Assembly: GCA_963810095.1 (NCBI GenBank)
Contig: CAWEMM010000006.1
Coordinates: forward strand, 800,001-864,000
DNA length: 64,000 bases
Reading direction: 5' to 3'
Origin: an uncultured Chloroflexia bacterium
GTDB taxonomy: Bacteria; Chloroflexota; Anaerolineae; CG2-30-64-16
Below the pieces are notes generated by a model. It was given only the letters and a program-made list of their open reading frames with translations. It made no database searches and was not told the origin of the DNA. Of this stretch, positions 1-9,589 are shown one piece after another. Each line of letters starts with the position of its first letter. The stretch's first letter is position 1. Both the position numbers and the translations under genes were made by a program.

Positions 1-1271
1 GGCCGGGTCTTGCCGCCTGCCAGCTGTTCGAGCAGCTCGCACGCCCGCGCCAGCGCCTTCACGGTGAGCTCCGGGTCGACGCGCTTGCCGAACCGGCTCG
101 CCGCCTCGCTCCGCAAGCCGAGCATCTGGCTCGTACGCCGGATGCTCAGGAAGTTGAAGTTGGCCGACTCGAGCAGGATGCTGCTCGTGGTGGCGGTGAC
201 CTCGGTCTCCGCGCCGCCCATCACGCCGGCCACGGCGATTGAACCGGCGGTGTCGGTGATCATCAGCATCTCGGGGTCGAGGGCACGATCCACGCCGTCC
301 AGCGTCTTCATCCGCTCGCCGGGGCGCGCACGGCGCATGATAATGCTGGGCTTAGCGTCGCCAGACGCACTACCGCCCGCGCGCTGCCGCAGCAGATCGT
401 AGTCGAATGCGTGCAGCGGCTGGCCCAGCTCAAGCATGACGTAGTTCGTGATGTCCACGACGTTATTGATCGGCCGCATGCCCGCCCGCTGCAGGCGCTG
501 CTGCATCCACAGCGGCGACGGCCCGATCGTCACGTTTTCGATCAACGCCGCGGAGTAGCGCAGGCAGAGGTCCGGCGCATCGATCACGATGCCAACAAAG
601 TCCGCGTCGGGCGTGATGGCGACCGGTTGGCGCTCGAGGATCGTCATCACCTCGCGCCGGAGCGGCCGTCCCGTCAGCGCGGCGACTTCGCGGGCGGCGC
701 CATAGATGCACTGCAGGTGGCCGAATGCGCCCTTCACGTCGTAGTCGAGCACCACGTCGCCCATGTAGTCGACGAGCGGCATGCCGACCGGGGCATCGTC
801 GGGCAGCACGAGATTGCCCTCGTGGCTGTCGCTCAGGTCGAGTTCCTTCTCAGAACAAACCATGCCCTCAGAAACAACCCCGCGAATCTTGCTCGGCTTC
901 AGCTTGACGATCCGCCGCTCGTCGCTGTGCCCGTCGATGAGCCGCGCGCCGGACATCGCATAGGCCACCTTCGGGCCCTTGCCGCCCGAAAGGTCCTGCC
1001 CGATATAGGGCAGCATGTTGGGCGCGCCCGTGACCACGGTCATGGGCTCTTTGGCGCCGAAGTCCACCCGCACCAGGGTGAGCCGCTCGGCGTCCGGGTG
1101 CCGCACGACGTCCAGGATCTGCCCGACATAGATCTTGTCGCGGTCCCACAGCTCGCCAATACGCGTGATCGACTCGACCTCCAGGCCCGCCAGCGTCATG
1201 CGTTCGGCCAGTTGCTCGACGGGCAGGTCGACGTCGACGAAATCCCTAAGCCAGGAAAGAGGCACTTTCAT
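1..1271 (-). CDS. pheT: Phenylalanine--tRNA ligase beta subunit (5' part, runs off the window edge)
   Basis: Manual minus-strand translation from ATG at 1271: MKVPLSWLRDFVDVDLPVEQLAERMTLAGLEVESI..., later GMVCSEKEL and MRPINNVVDITNYVMLELGQPLHAFDY. Directly downstream of pheS. Confidence 0.97.
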   Translation of the reverse strand, partial: MKVPLSWLRDFVDVDLPVEQLAERMTLAGLEVESITRIGELWDRDKIYVGQILDVVRHPDAERLTLVRVDFGAKEPMTVVTGAPNMLPYIGQDLSGGKGPKVAYAMSGARLIDGHSDERRIVKLKPSKIRGVVSEGMVCSEKELDLSDSHEGNLVLPDDAPVGMPLVDYMGDVVLDYDVKGAFGHLQCIYGAAREVAALTGRPLRREVMTILERQPVAITPDADFVGIVIDAPDLCLRYSAALIENVTIGPSPLWMQQRLQRAGMRPINNVVDITNYVMLELGQPLHAFDYDLLRQRAGGSASGDAKPSIIMRRARPGERMKTLDGVDRALDPEMLMITDTAGSIAVAGVMGGAETEVTATTSSILLESANFNFLSIRRTSQMLGLRSEAASRFGKRVDPELTVKALARACELLEQLAGGKTR

Positions 1272-1344
1272 CTCATCAACTCCATATCTCGCCTTCGTGG
1301 TTCGGCCCTGGCTGCAGCCTGCGACCAGAACCACGAAGAAACCC

Positions 1345-2397
1345 TTAGCTGAACTGCCCGAGGAAACGCAGGTCGTTCGAGTAGAAATACCGGATATCGG
1401 TGATGCGATGGCGCAGCATCGCCGGCCGCTCCACGCCCATGCCGAACGCGAACCCGGTGAAGACGTCGGGGTCGTAGCCGCCGTTCTTGAGCACGACCGG
1501 GTGCACCATGCCCGCGCCGGCGATCTCCAGCCAGCCCGTGTACTTGCACACGCCGCACCCCTTGCCCCCGCACAGCACGCAGTTCATGTCGGCCTCGATG
1601 CTGGGCTCGGTGAAGGGGAAGTAGCTTCCCCGCACTCGTAGCTGCCCCGCGCCGTACATCTTCAGCGCAAACTGCTTCAGCGTCCCGATCAGGTCGGTCA
1701 TGCGGATGCCCTTGCCCACCGCCAGCCCTTCGATCTGGTAGAACTGGTGCTCCGAGCGCGCGGTGATTTGCTCATACCGGTAGCACTTGCCGGGCAGGAT
1801 CACGCGGATGGGCTGCGGGCAGCGCTCGCGCATCGCCCGGATCTGCCCGGGGCTCGTGTGCGTCCGCATGACCAGCTTGCGCTGCGCCGGGTCGAGATCG
1901 TCCGTCTGGCTGACCCAGAACGTGTCCCACATGTCTCGGGCGGGATGGTAGGGCGGCATGTTGAGCAGGCCGAAGTTGTGCTCGTCTGTCTCCACGTCCG
2001 GCCCGTCATAGACCTCGAACCCCATCTCGGCGAACACGGCCCGGTACTCGCGCAGGTTCTGCGTGGTGATGTGCAGGTGCCCTATGCTTGGGGGCCTGCC
2101 CGGCAGCGTGATGTCGACCGTGCCGCCTACCAGCTCCGCCTGCAGCGCCTCCTGCTTCAAAGCCTCCTGGCGCTCTGCAAACGCCGTTTCGAGGCTCGTC
2201 TTCACCTCGTTCGCGGCCTGCCCGTACGCGGGCCGTTCTTCCCGCGCCAGCTTGCCGATCACGTCCATTGCCGCGGAAAGCGCCCCGCCCTTGCGGCTCA
2301 GGTAGCGAACGCGCCACCCTTCGAGCGCGTCCGCATCCTCCGCGGCCGCCAGCCCGTCCAGTGCCTCTTTTCGCAGATTCTCCAGATTCTCGTGCAT
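1345..2397 (-). CDS. pheS: Phenylalanine--tRNA ligase alpha subunit
   Basis: Motifs HPARDMWDTF, RTHTSPGQ, YFPFTEPS, GFAFGMGVER. Start at ATG 2397 (MHENLE) after a GGGGAGGGG RBS. Confidence 0.98.
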   Translation of the reverse strand: MHENLENLRKEALDGLAAAEDADALEGWRVRYLSRKGGALSAAMDVIGKLAREERPAYGQAANEVKTSLETAFAERQEALKQEALQAELVGGTVDITLPGRPPSIGHLHITTQNLREYRAVFAEMGFEVYDGPDVETDEHNFGLLNMPPYHPARDMWDTFWVSQTDDLDPAQRKLVMRTHTSPGQIRAMRERCPQPIRVILPGKCYRYEQITARSEHQFYQIEGLAVGKGIRMTDLIGTLKQFALKMYGAGQLRVRGSYFPFTEPSIEADMNCVLCGGKGCGVCKYTGWLEIAGAGMVHPVVLKNGGYDPDVFTGFAFGMGVERPAMLRHRITDIRYFYSNDLRFLGQFS

Positions 2398-2465
2398 ACT
2401 CGCCCCTCCCCCACACGCCGGCCGCAGCCTTCGTGCCATCGTGTCCTTGTGGTGACTCCCGTTAA

Positions 2466-2826
2466 CGCAAAACGCGCCCTTCGTCTCAGGGACGAAGTGC
2501 GCGCCGGTCGACGTGCTAACTCCGCGGTGCCACCCTGGTTCGCCCTCTCCTTTCCTGCGGAAAGGACGCTCTTCGCTCCGGCGGCCCGGCTTGGACGCTC
2601 TCCGTGTCCATACGGGCTTACCGGCGGCCGGATAACGGTCGGCAGCCGGAACCGACTACTTTGCGCCGGGCAGGGGCGGGATAACCCGCCCTGTGATAGC
2701 CTGCGCTTTCACCGGTTCGCTCGGGAGGGAACTTCGTCGGGGTTGGGGCCGGCCGGGCTTACAGCCCCTCACGGGACCCGGCCTCTCTGGGGTCATCCCC
2801 CCGGCTACTTTCCTCCGTCATCGCTT
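2466..2826 (-). promoter_or_regulatory. T-box riboswitch (Phe specifier) upstream of pheST
   Basis: On the minus strand: stem I with AGTA and AGAGAG/GCTG motifs and specifier GAAG-TTC (UUC = Phe, 2729-2731); stem II/IIA CCGTTATC; T-box AACCAGGGTGGCACCGCGG (2522-2540); terminator GCGCACTTCGTC...GACGAAGGGCGCGTTTT (about 2468-2503). Confidence 0.93.
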
Positions 2827-2857
2827 TCGGATGAACCTGTCATTCGATTGTGCCGGA

Positions 2858-2886
2858 ATTATGCTACAGGGGTGGAGCATTGTCAA
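2858..2886 (-). promoter_or_regulatory. Sigma70-type promoter for the T-box/pheST leader
   Basis: TTGACA-17 nt-CATAAT on the minus strand, just upstream of T-box stem I. Confidence 0.75.
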
Positions 2887-2953
2887 GGACTCCGCCGTAC
2901 TTGCCCGTGGGCGCCCCAGCGGCCCGTACTGCGCACGCGAGCCCGCCCTGCGA

Positions 2954-3798
2954 TTACTCCAAGTACACCTTGACCCCCTGAAGGGTGTAGAGCGGTACCC
3001 AGGGAAACAGAACGGGTACGCTCTGCGCATACTGTTGGTACTCCTCCAGATGCCCGTAGCGCTCGCCCTGCGTCCGTTCCAGGCGCTTGGTCGAGCCCAT
3101 CATGATCAGGATGATGCAAATCAGTCCGACGAGTGCGACGACGGCGCGCAGCACGCTGGTCAGGAACGGCAAGCCCAGCAGAAAGCTCCCACTCCAAACG
3201 AGGATCTCGCCGAGGTAGTTTGGACACCGCACCCAGGCATAGAGTCCTGACGCCACGAACCGTTTGGCGTCGCGCTGCTTGGCAGCCGACTTCTGCCGGT
3301 CGGCCAGCGTCTCGACAACGAGTCCGGCGCCCATGATCAGGAGCCCGGCCCCTCGCACGACCTCAGGGAGGCCGCGCGCGGGGAGGGCGCGGCGGCGGCA
3401 AACAATGCCGGCGAGAACATGGCCACGTAGAGCAGCGCGACCGCGATCCAGATCGGAATCCGTTTCAACCGCGAGACCCGGCGGTCGTACGCCTGGTTGC
3501 CCTCCAGTTGATTCCGATAGGCAGGCCGTGCCTCGCGTTGGAGAATGTAGAGTCCGAGCCGCAGCCCCCATACCGCCAGGAGCAGCAGTTGCAGTGCGCT
3601 CAAGACGTCGAGATTCGCCCGCAGAGCGACCGCCGTCACCGCCGCCATTGCGACGATGGAGAAGGTGTAGCCGATGCTGACGAAATAGACGACTCGAACG
3701 AAACCTAGTGCCGAAGCCGCCAGGGAGACGAGCAGCAGTGTCGACATCAGGCCGGGCAGGGTGTGCAGTTGCAGCGAAAGCCAACCGCCGAGGTTCAT
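2954..3798 (-). CDS. DUF1295 family membrane protein (steroid 5-alpha-reductase-like), frameshifted near 3370
   Basis: N-half has LLAVWGLRLGLY; C-half has ETLADRQK and SGLYAWVRCPNYLGEILVW. The halves are in two overlapping ORFs. Confidence 0.8.
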
Positions 3799-3923
3799 AA
3801 GCAACTTCCATCCTCTGAGTGCGTTGATGATGCGCCGGATAGCCGCCGGGTCCTTCTCCATGCTGTGGGCTGCGGTCGAACGCCTGGAGCGCACGCCAAG
3901 TATCGAGATGGATCCCGGATAGT

Positions 3924-3952
3924 TTGACAGGGACTTGCCAGCACCGTACTAT
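3924..3952 (+). promoter_or_regulatory. Sigma70-type promoter for the KimA-like gene
   Basis: TTGACA-17 nt-TACTAT. Confidence 0.65.
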
Positions 3953-4059
3953 ATGTGTCAGTTCTCTGCTGTGACCCACGTTGCGGGTAAGAACCGGAGC
4001 TTGAGTCAGGGAGTGTTTTAGTCCGAACCAATGTCACAACGCTGTAACACTGAGTCCCA

Positions 4060-6002
4060 ATGAAGCACAACTTCACGGAAGAACCGACAGGCGCCGTCCG
4101 CCACCTGGAAGGCGAGAAGCCTCGCCGCTCTTGGGTTTCGCTGCTCATCGGCGACCCGCTGGCGACGGCCGAAGCGCCCCATCAAGCGATTCGCAAGATC
4201 GTCGGGTTGGCCGTGTTCGCCTCCGACGCGCTCTCGTCGACGGCCTACGCCACTCAGGAAATGCTGGCGGTGTTGGCCGCCGTGGGCATAGTGGCATTTC
4301 CGATCGCAATCCCCATGTCTTTCGCGATCGTCGCGCTGCTGGCTATCGTCGTGGCGTCGTACGAGCAGACGATACACGCCTACCCGAACGGCGGAGGGGC
4401 TTACATCGTTGCGCGCGACAATCTGGGCGAGACTCCCGCAGCGATTGCCGGCTCTGCGCTTATGATCGACTATATCCTGACCGTAGCCGTCTCCATCTCG
4501 TCGGGTGTGGCCCAGATTGTTTCTGCGTTTCCTGGCTTACTCGACTACCGTGTCGAACTCGCAGTTGTCCTCACCCTGCTAATCATGCTGATCAACCTGC
4601 GAGGGGTGCGTGAATCGGGCTCAATCTTTGCCATCCCGACGTACTTCTTCGTGGCCATGATGTTCATTACGGTCATCCTGGGCTTGTACCAGTACCTGAC
4701 CGGAAACCTCGGCGTTGTCACCAATCCGCCTCCGATCGAAGCGCTTGGGGGACCCTCGGCGTTGACGCTCTTCCTCATCTTGCGCGCGTTTCATCAGGGA
4801 CGACCGCACTGACCGGCGTCGAGGCAATCGCGAACGGGGTTCCGGCATTCAAGGAGCCCCGCAGCCGTAACGCTGGAATCACCTTGCTCTGGATGGCTGG
4901 GATCCTTGGCGTCTTGCTCGTGATAATCACATTCCTCGCCGTCCAGGTGGGTGCCGTTCCGTCAGAAGCAGAGACCGTGATCTCGCAGATCGCCCGTACT
5001 GTCGATGGCGAGCGAGGGCTGATCTACCTTTTGACCATTGCGGCAACCACCGTCATCCTGATCATGGCTGCCAACACCTCATACAACGGTTTCCCCAGGC
5101 TCGGCGCATTGTTAGCAATTGATGGATTCTTGCCACGTCAGCTTTCGTTCCAGGGCAGCCGGCTGGTCTACTCTCGCGGCATCGTCGTCCTGGCGCTGCT
5201 GGCTTGCGGCTTCATCGTCGTGTTCGATGCTAGTGTGACGCAACTCATACCGTTGTACGCAATTGGCGTGTTCCTGTCATTCAGCCTATCGCAAGCAGGC
5301 ATGGCGCGGCGATGGAGGAAATCCGGCGACCTGAAGCCCGGAGAAACGTACACTCAGCGAGGAACCATCCTGCGACATGAATCAGGTTGGCAAGGCAAGA
5401 TGGTACTCAACGCCATTGGTGCGCTCATCACCGGGATGGTCATGGTTATCTTTGCCGTTACGAAGTTCAGCCAAGGCGCCTGGATTGTCCTGATCCTGAT
5501 GCCTCTGCTCGTCCTACTCTTCTTCCGAATCCACCGGCACTACCAGCACTTGGCCGCGAGTCTTACGCTTGAAGGCTTCGATCCGCCGCCGCCGCCACAA
5601 CGACACCGGATCATCATCCCCATCAGCGGCGTTCACCAAGGCACTATGGCGGCCCTACAATACGCGCAGTTGCTTTCGAGCGACATCACCGCTGTGCATG
5701 TCTCGATCGATCCCATCGTCGCGGAGCGGGTCGAGCAGCGTTGGGAAACCTGGGGCGAAGGCGTGCGTTTGATCGTGCTCGAATCGCCCTACCGGCTCAT
5801 GCATGAGCCGCTTTTGCGCTACATCCGGCAGCTCGCGCTGTCTCGCCAACCGAACGAGATCATCACCGTCGTCGTGCCCCAGTTTGTGCCAAAGAGCTGG
5901 TTTGACAACCTGCTCCACACCCAGACCGCGACATTTCTCCGCCTCGCGCTCCTCTTCATACCGGGCGTGATCGTGACGGACGTGCCCTACCAGGTGGACT
6001 GA
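4060..6002 (+). CDS. kimA: APC-superfamily transporter, KimA/YdaO-like K+/H+ symporter, frameshifted near 4800
   Basis: Motifs FASDALSSTAYA, AYPNGGGAYIVA, TGVEAIANGVPAFKEP, AANTSYNGFPRL, LIPLYAIGVF, plus a C-terminal cytosolic domain with SPYR and LLHTQ. Confidence 0.82.
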
Positions 6003-6059
6003 ATCGCGACGGCGCACGCGAATAGACGAAGCGCAAGACGTCGGCTGTCACGTGCTCAT

Positions 6060-6092
6060 TCGGGGGCGGCGGGGGCAAGAGCGCCCCCGCCA
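6060..6092. repeat. REP-like GC-rich palindrome, copy 1
   Basis: TCGGGGGCGGCGGGGGCAAGAGCGCCCCCGCCA is identical to 7905-7937; related copies lie at about 21000-21055 and 21230-21282. Confidence 0.8.
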
Positions 6093-6151
6093 CGCACTTA
6101 CCAGGCATCAACCGATGCTTCCCGTGTGTTCAAACTTAGCCGTACAAACGC

Positions 6152-7522
6152 TCAATCTTGCGCTAGCACAGGCGCGGCCTGCCCGTAATCGGGTAGCCGC
6201 GTCTCTGCGTTGCGGATTGCCGAGATGAAGTAGCCGGTCACGCCGACCATCGAGGCGAGGAAGCCGCATACGGCGATCAGCAATCCCATTCCCGCGCCGG
6301 GCCCCGTTCCAAAGATTCCCCCAAACGCCTGCGCCAGCCGGCCGCCCGACTGCATGGCCGGTTCGAGCAAGTAGTCTGCCATCGTTCCGGCGATCAACGG
6401 ACTGATGGGATTGCTGAACCATGCGATCAGCCGGCGGGCCGAGAACACGCGGCCCTGTACGTCGGGCGCCACCTTCGACTGCCATATCGCCTGGTTCGAC
6501 CCGTTGATGAGCGCGATCCAGAGGGCCGTGTAGGCCATACCGACGATCCAGGCGGGCAACATTTGCCCGGCGCCGACCACGACCAGCCCCAGCGAAGACA
6601 GCGCCCAGCCCGCCAACACCCCGTGCACGCGCCGCTTGAAGCCACCCCATGCGCTCATGATGATGCCGCCCACCACCGCCGCGATCGCCCCTGCCGACTC
6701 GACGGTCGCCAGCGAGAGTGCGTTGTTGGCCGTACGCGCCAGGATCATGGGCGTCACGAGCGTGTTGGCGATGCCGGAGAACAGGTTGCCGAAGAAGAAG
6801 ACCAGTTGCAGGCCCAGAAGGCTTGGCCGAGCGAAGATGTAGCGGAAGCCGTAAGCCGCCTCTTTCCAGAAGCCCCCCTCCGCCTCCGCGCCCGCGGCCG
6901 TCCTTGGCGGCTGCGGAATGAACACGACCGCCAGTGCCAGCAGGGCGAGGAGGAAAGTCGCGACGTCGATGGTCAGGATGCCGGTGAACGTGATGAGGGG
7001 CAGCAGCACGCCGGCCAGGATCGGTGCAAGCACGCCCGGCCCGGCCTCGAGCAGCGACATCATACCGTTAGCGCGCCCCAGTTGCTCCTTGGGAACCATC
7101 GTCGTGATGGCGGCCGAGTAGGCGGGCCATTGAAACGTATTCCCAATCCCCTGGAAGGCAGCCGCCACGTAAAAGTGCCAGACCTCCAGCCGCCCCAGCG
7201 CGGACAGAATCAGCAGGCCCACCGTGGGCAGGATGGCGACCGCATCGCTGACCATCATCATCATCTTCCGGTTGTACCGGTCGACCATGACGCCCGCAAC
7301 GGGCGATAGGATCAGGAACGGCACGATGAAGCAGACCTGCACCAGCGCCAGCGCGGTGGCGCTGCCGGTCTTCTGAAACACATAGATGGACTGGGCGAAC
7401 GCGGTCATGTTGGTGGCGAGCACCGAGACCAGTTGTCCTGCCCAGACAATGGTGAAGGCGGCCATGCCTCTCGGACGGCCCCCACCTCCCGCGGCCGGTT
7501 CAGGCGCTCCATTAGGCGTCAT
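6152..7522 (-). CDS. MFS transporter (DHA3/macrolide-efflux-like)
   Basis: About 12 hydrophobic segments, motif A GVMVDRYNRK, and DVQGRVFS. Confidence 0.9.
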   Translation of the reverse strand: MTPNGAPEPAAGGGGRPRGMAAFTIVWAGQLVSVLATNMTAFAQSIYVFQKTGSATALALVQVCFIVPFLILSPVAGVMVDRYNRKMMMMVSDAVAILPTVGLLILSALGRLEVWHFYVAAAFQGIGNTFQWPAYSAAITTMVPKEQLGRANGMMSLLEAGPGVLAPILAGVLLPLITFTGILTIDVATFLLALLALAVVFIPQPPRTAAGAEAEGGFWKEAAYGFRYIFARPSLLGLQLVFFFGNLFSGIANTLVTPMILARTANNALSLATVESAGAIAAVVGGIIMSAWGGFKRRVHGVLAGWALSSLGLVVVGAGQMLPAWIVGMAYTALWIALINGSNQAIWQSKVAPDVQGRVFSARRLIAWFSNPISPLIAGTMADYLLEPAMQSGGRLAQAFGGIFGTGPGAGMGLLIAVCGFLASMVGVTGYFISAIRNAETRLPDYGQAAPVLAQD

Positions 7523-7876
7523 CGTTACTCCACTTCCCGGACCCAGCGGTCGTGTCCCTTCAACTGAACAATATTAATCCAATGTTTCGTTTTATTGCTG
7601 TCTATGACAGGAAAAGGGAAGTTCGCCGCTGTGAGGGTGTATTATACCATAGGGGAGTAGTGGGAAAAGTGTGCAGTAGCGCGCCAGCGGGAGTCCGCGA
7701 CGTACACGGCCGCAAGGTGCCCGACATGCGACTGGATTCCTGCAGGCAGAGGGAAGTTGCCGGCTGGCCGTGATCGCTCCTTACACCAGGGGGGTACACA
7801 CACATGGTTCCTGCTGCCCTGCCGCATCCCCCGTACAGTGACTTAGCCGGGCAAGCATGTGCCCACAGCGTTGCCT

Positions 7877-7941
7877 TTGGGATTCCAAGGGGCGCCGCCC
7901 CTGGTCGGGGGCGGCGGGGGCAAGAGCGCCCCCGCCAACAG
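7877..7941. repeat. REP-like GC-rich double palindrome, copy 2
   Basis: TTGGGATTCCAAGGGGCGCCGCCCCTGG followed by GGCGGGGGCAAGAGCGCCCCCGCC. Confidence 0.8.
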
Positions 7942-7980
7942 CCATGATGCATCAGCGGATCATTCCCCTGGGGTTGCGCT

Positions 7981-9510
7981 TTAGTGCCTGAAGTGCCGCT
8001 CTCCCGTAAACACCATCGCCATCCCCCACTGGTCCGCGGCTGCGATCACCTCGTCGTCGCGCACCGAGCCCCCGGGTTGGATGACCGCGGTCACACCCGC
8101 GGCTGCCGCAGCCTCCATGCCGTCGGCAAAGGGGAAAAACGCATCTGAGGCCAGCACGGAAGCGCGCGCCCGTTCGCCGGCCCGCCGCACCGCCAGGTGC
8201 ACCGAATCGACCCGGTTCATCTGCCCCGCACCGACGCCCACGGTCGCCGTCCCCTGGGCCAGCACGATCGCATTCGACTTCGTATGCTTCGCGGCAATCC
8301 ATGCAAACCCAAGCGAAATCCGCTCCGCGTCAGTCGGGCCGCGCCGCGTCACCACCTGCCACGTCGACTCGTCGACGCCGTGCTCATCCGGCGTCTGCGC
8401 CAGCAGCCCGCCGCTCACCGAGCGCAGGGAAAGTCCTGGTTCCGACCGCTGCGTCCCCGCGCGGGCCTGCAGCACCCGGCAGTTCTTCTTATGTTCACTC
8501 AGCCACGCCAGCGCCTCCACGCTGTAGTCCGGTGCCACCAGCACCTCGACAAACAGCGTTCCCACCGCCTGCACGAGCTCCAGGTCGACCGGCCGGTTGC
8601 AAGCGATGATGCCGCCGAATGCAGACACGGGGTCACATTCGTACGCCAACCGGTACGCCTCGAGGGGCGTGCCCGCCATGGCAAGGCCGCTGGGGTTGGT
8701 GTGTTTGACGATCGCGACCGCCGGCCCGGTAAACTCCTGGGGCATGGCCCAGGCTGCCTCGAGGTCCACGATGTTGTTGTAGCTCAGCTCCTTGCCCTGC
8801 AGCTGCTCGAAAGCCGGCGGGGCGCCCGCCCAGCAATACAGTGCGGCGTCCTGGTGCGGGTTTTCGCCGTAGCGCAGCGCCTGCACCCGCCTGGCTGCCA
8901 GCACGAGCGTCTCGGGCAGCGCGGAAGTTCCCGGCTGAGCCAAGCCACGAGCCAGCCAGCCGCCGATGGTGGCATCATAAGCGGCCGTTTGTACGAAGGC
9001 CTTTGCCGCCAGCCGGCGTCGCTCCTCCTGTGGCACCTGTCCGGCAGCCAGCGCATCCAGCACCGACGAGTAGTCAGCCGGATCGCACACGACCAGCACC
9101 GCTTCATAGTTCTTGGCCGCCGCTCGGAGCAGCGTCACCCCGCCGATGTCGATCTCTTCGACCGCCTCGCTCTCCGTCACGCCGGCCCGGCTGACCGTCT
9201 CGGCAAATGGGTAGAGGTTGCAGACGACCAGGTCGACCGGCGTGATGCCGTGAACCGCCAGCTCCTCCAGGTGCTCGGGCGTGCGCCGAGAAAGGATTCC
9301 GGCATGGATTGCCGGATGGAGGGTCTTGACGCGGCCGTCGAGCATCTCGGGGAAGCCCGTCACCGCCTCGACCGGCGTCGCCGCCAGCCCCGCGGCTGCC
9401 AGCGCCCGCGCCGTCCCTCCGGAAGCCACCAACTCGCAGCCCATCCCGGCCAGGCCCACTGCAAGCTCAACCAGGCCCGTCTTGTCATATACGCTCAGAA
9501 TCGCGCGCAC
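7981..9510 (-). CDS. purH: Bifunctional AICAR transformylase/IMP cyclohydrolase
   Basis: Motifs SVYDKTG, GRVKTLHP, IDIGGVTLLRAAAKN, LRYGENPHQ, ASDAFFPF, FTGERHFRH. GTG start at 9510 after GGAGGT. Confidence 0.97.
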   Translation of the reverse strand: MRAILSVYDKTGLVELAVGLAGMGCELVASGGTARALAAAGLAATPVEAVTGFPEMLDGRVKTLHPAIHAGILSRRTPEHLEELAVHGITPVDLVVCNLYPFAETVSRAGVTESEAVEEIDIGGVTLLRAAAKNYEAVLVVCDPADYSSVLDALAAGQVPQEERRRLAAKAFVQTAAYDATIGGWLARGLAQPGTSALPETLVLAARRVQALRYGENPHQDAALYCWAGAPPAFEQLQGKELSYNNIVDLEAAWAMPQEFTGPAVAIVKHTNPSGLAMAGTPLEAYRLAYECDPVSAFGGIIACNRPVDLELVQAVGTLFVEVLVAPDYSVEALAWLSEHKKNCRVLQARAGTQRSEPGLSLRSVSGGLLAQTPDEHGVDESTWQVVTRRGPTDAERISLGFAWIAAKHTKSNAIVLAQGTATVGVGAGQMNRVDSVHLAVRRAGERARASVLASDAFFPFADGMEAAAAAGVTAVIQPGGSVRDDEVIAAADQWGMAMVFTGERHFRH

Positions 9511-9589
9511 GCTACCTCCAACAAGGAAACCAGGTTTCTGCGCCGGCACCGCGGCCGGTTTCAGAACCTGGCTTCTGCCACCGTCGCGT

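Noticed and set aside
3955-4059. ydaO/c-di-AMP riboswitch upstream of kimA
   Set aside because: The conserved GCTGAA and GGAACGGGG-type segments are not recognisable.
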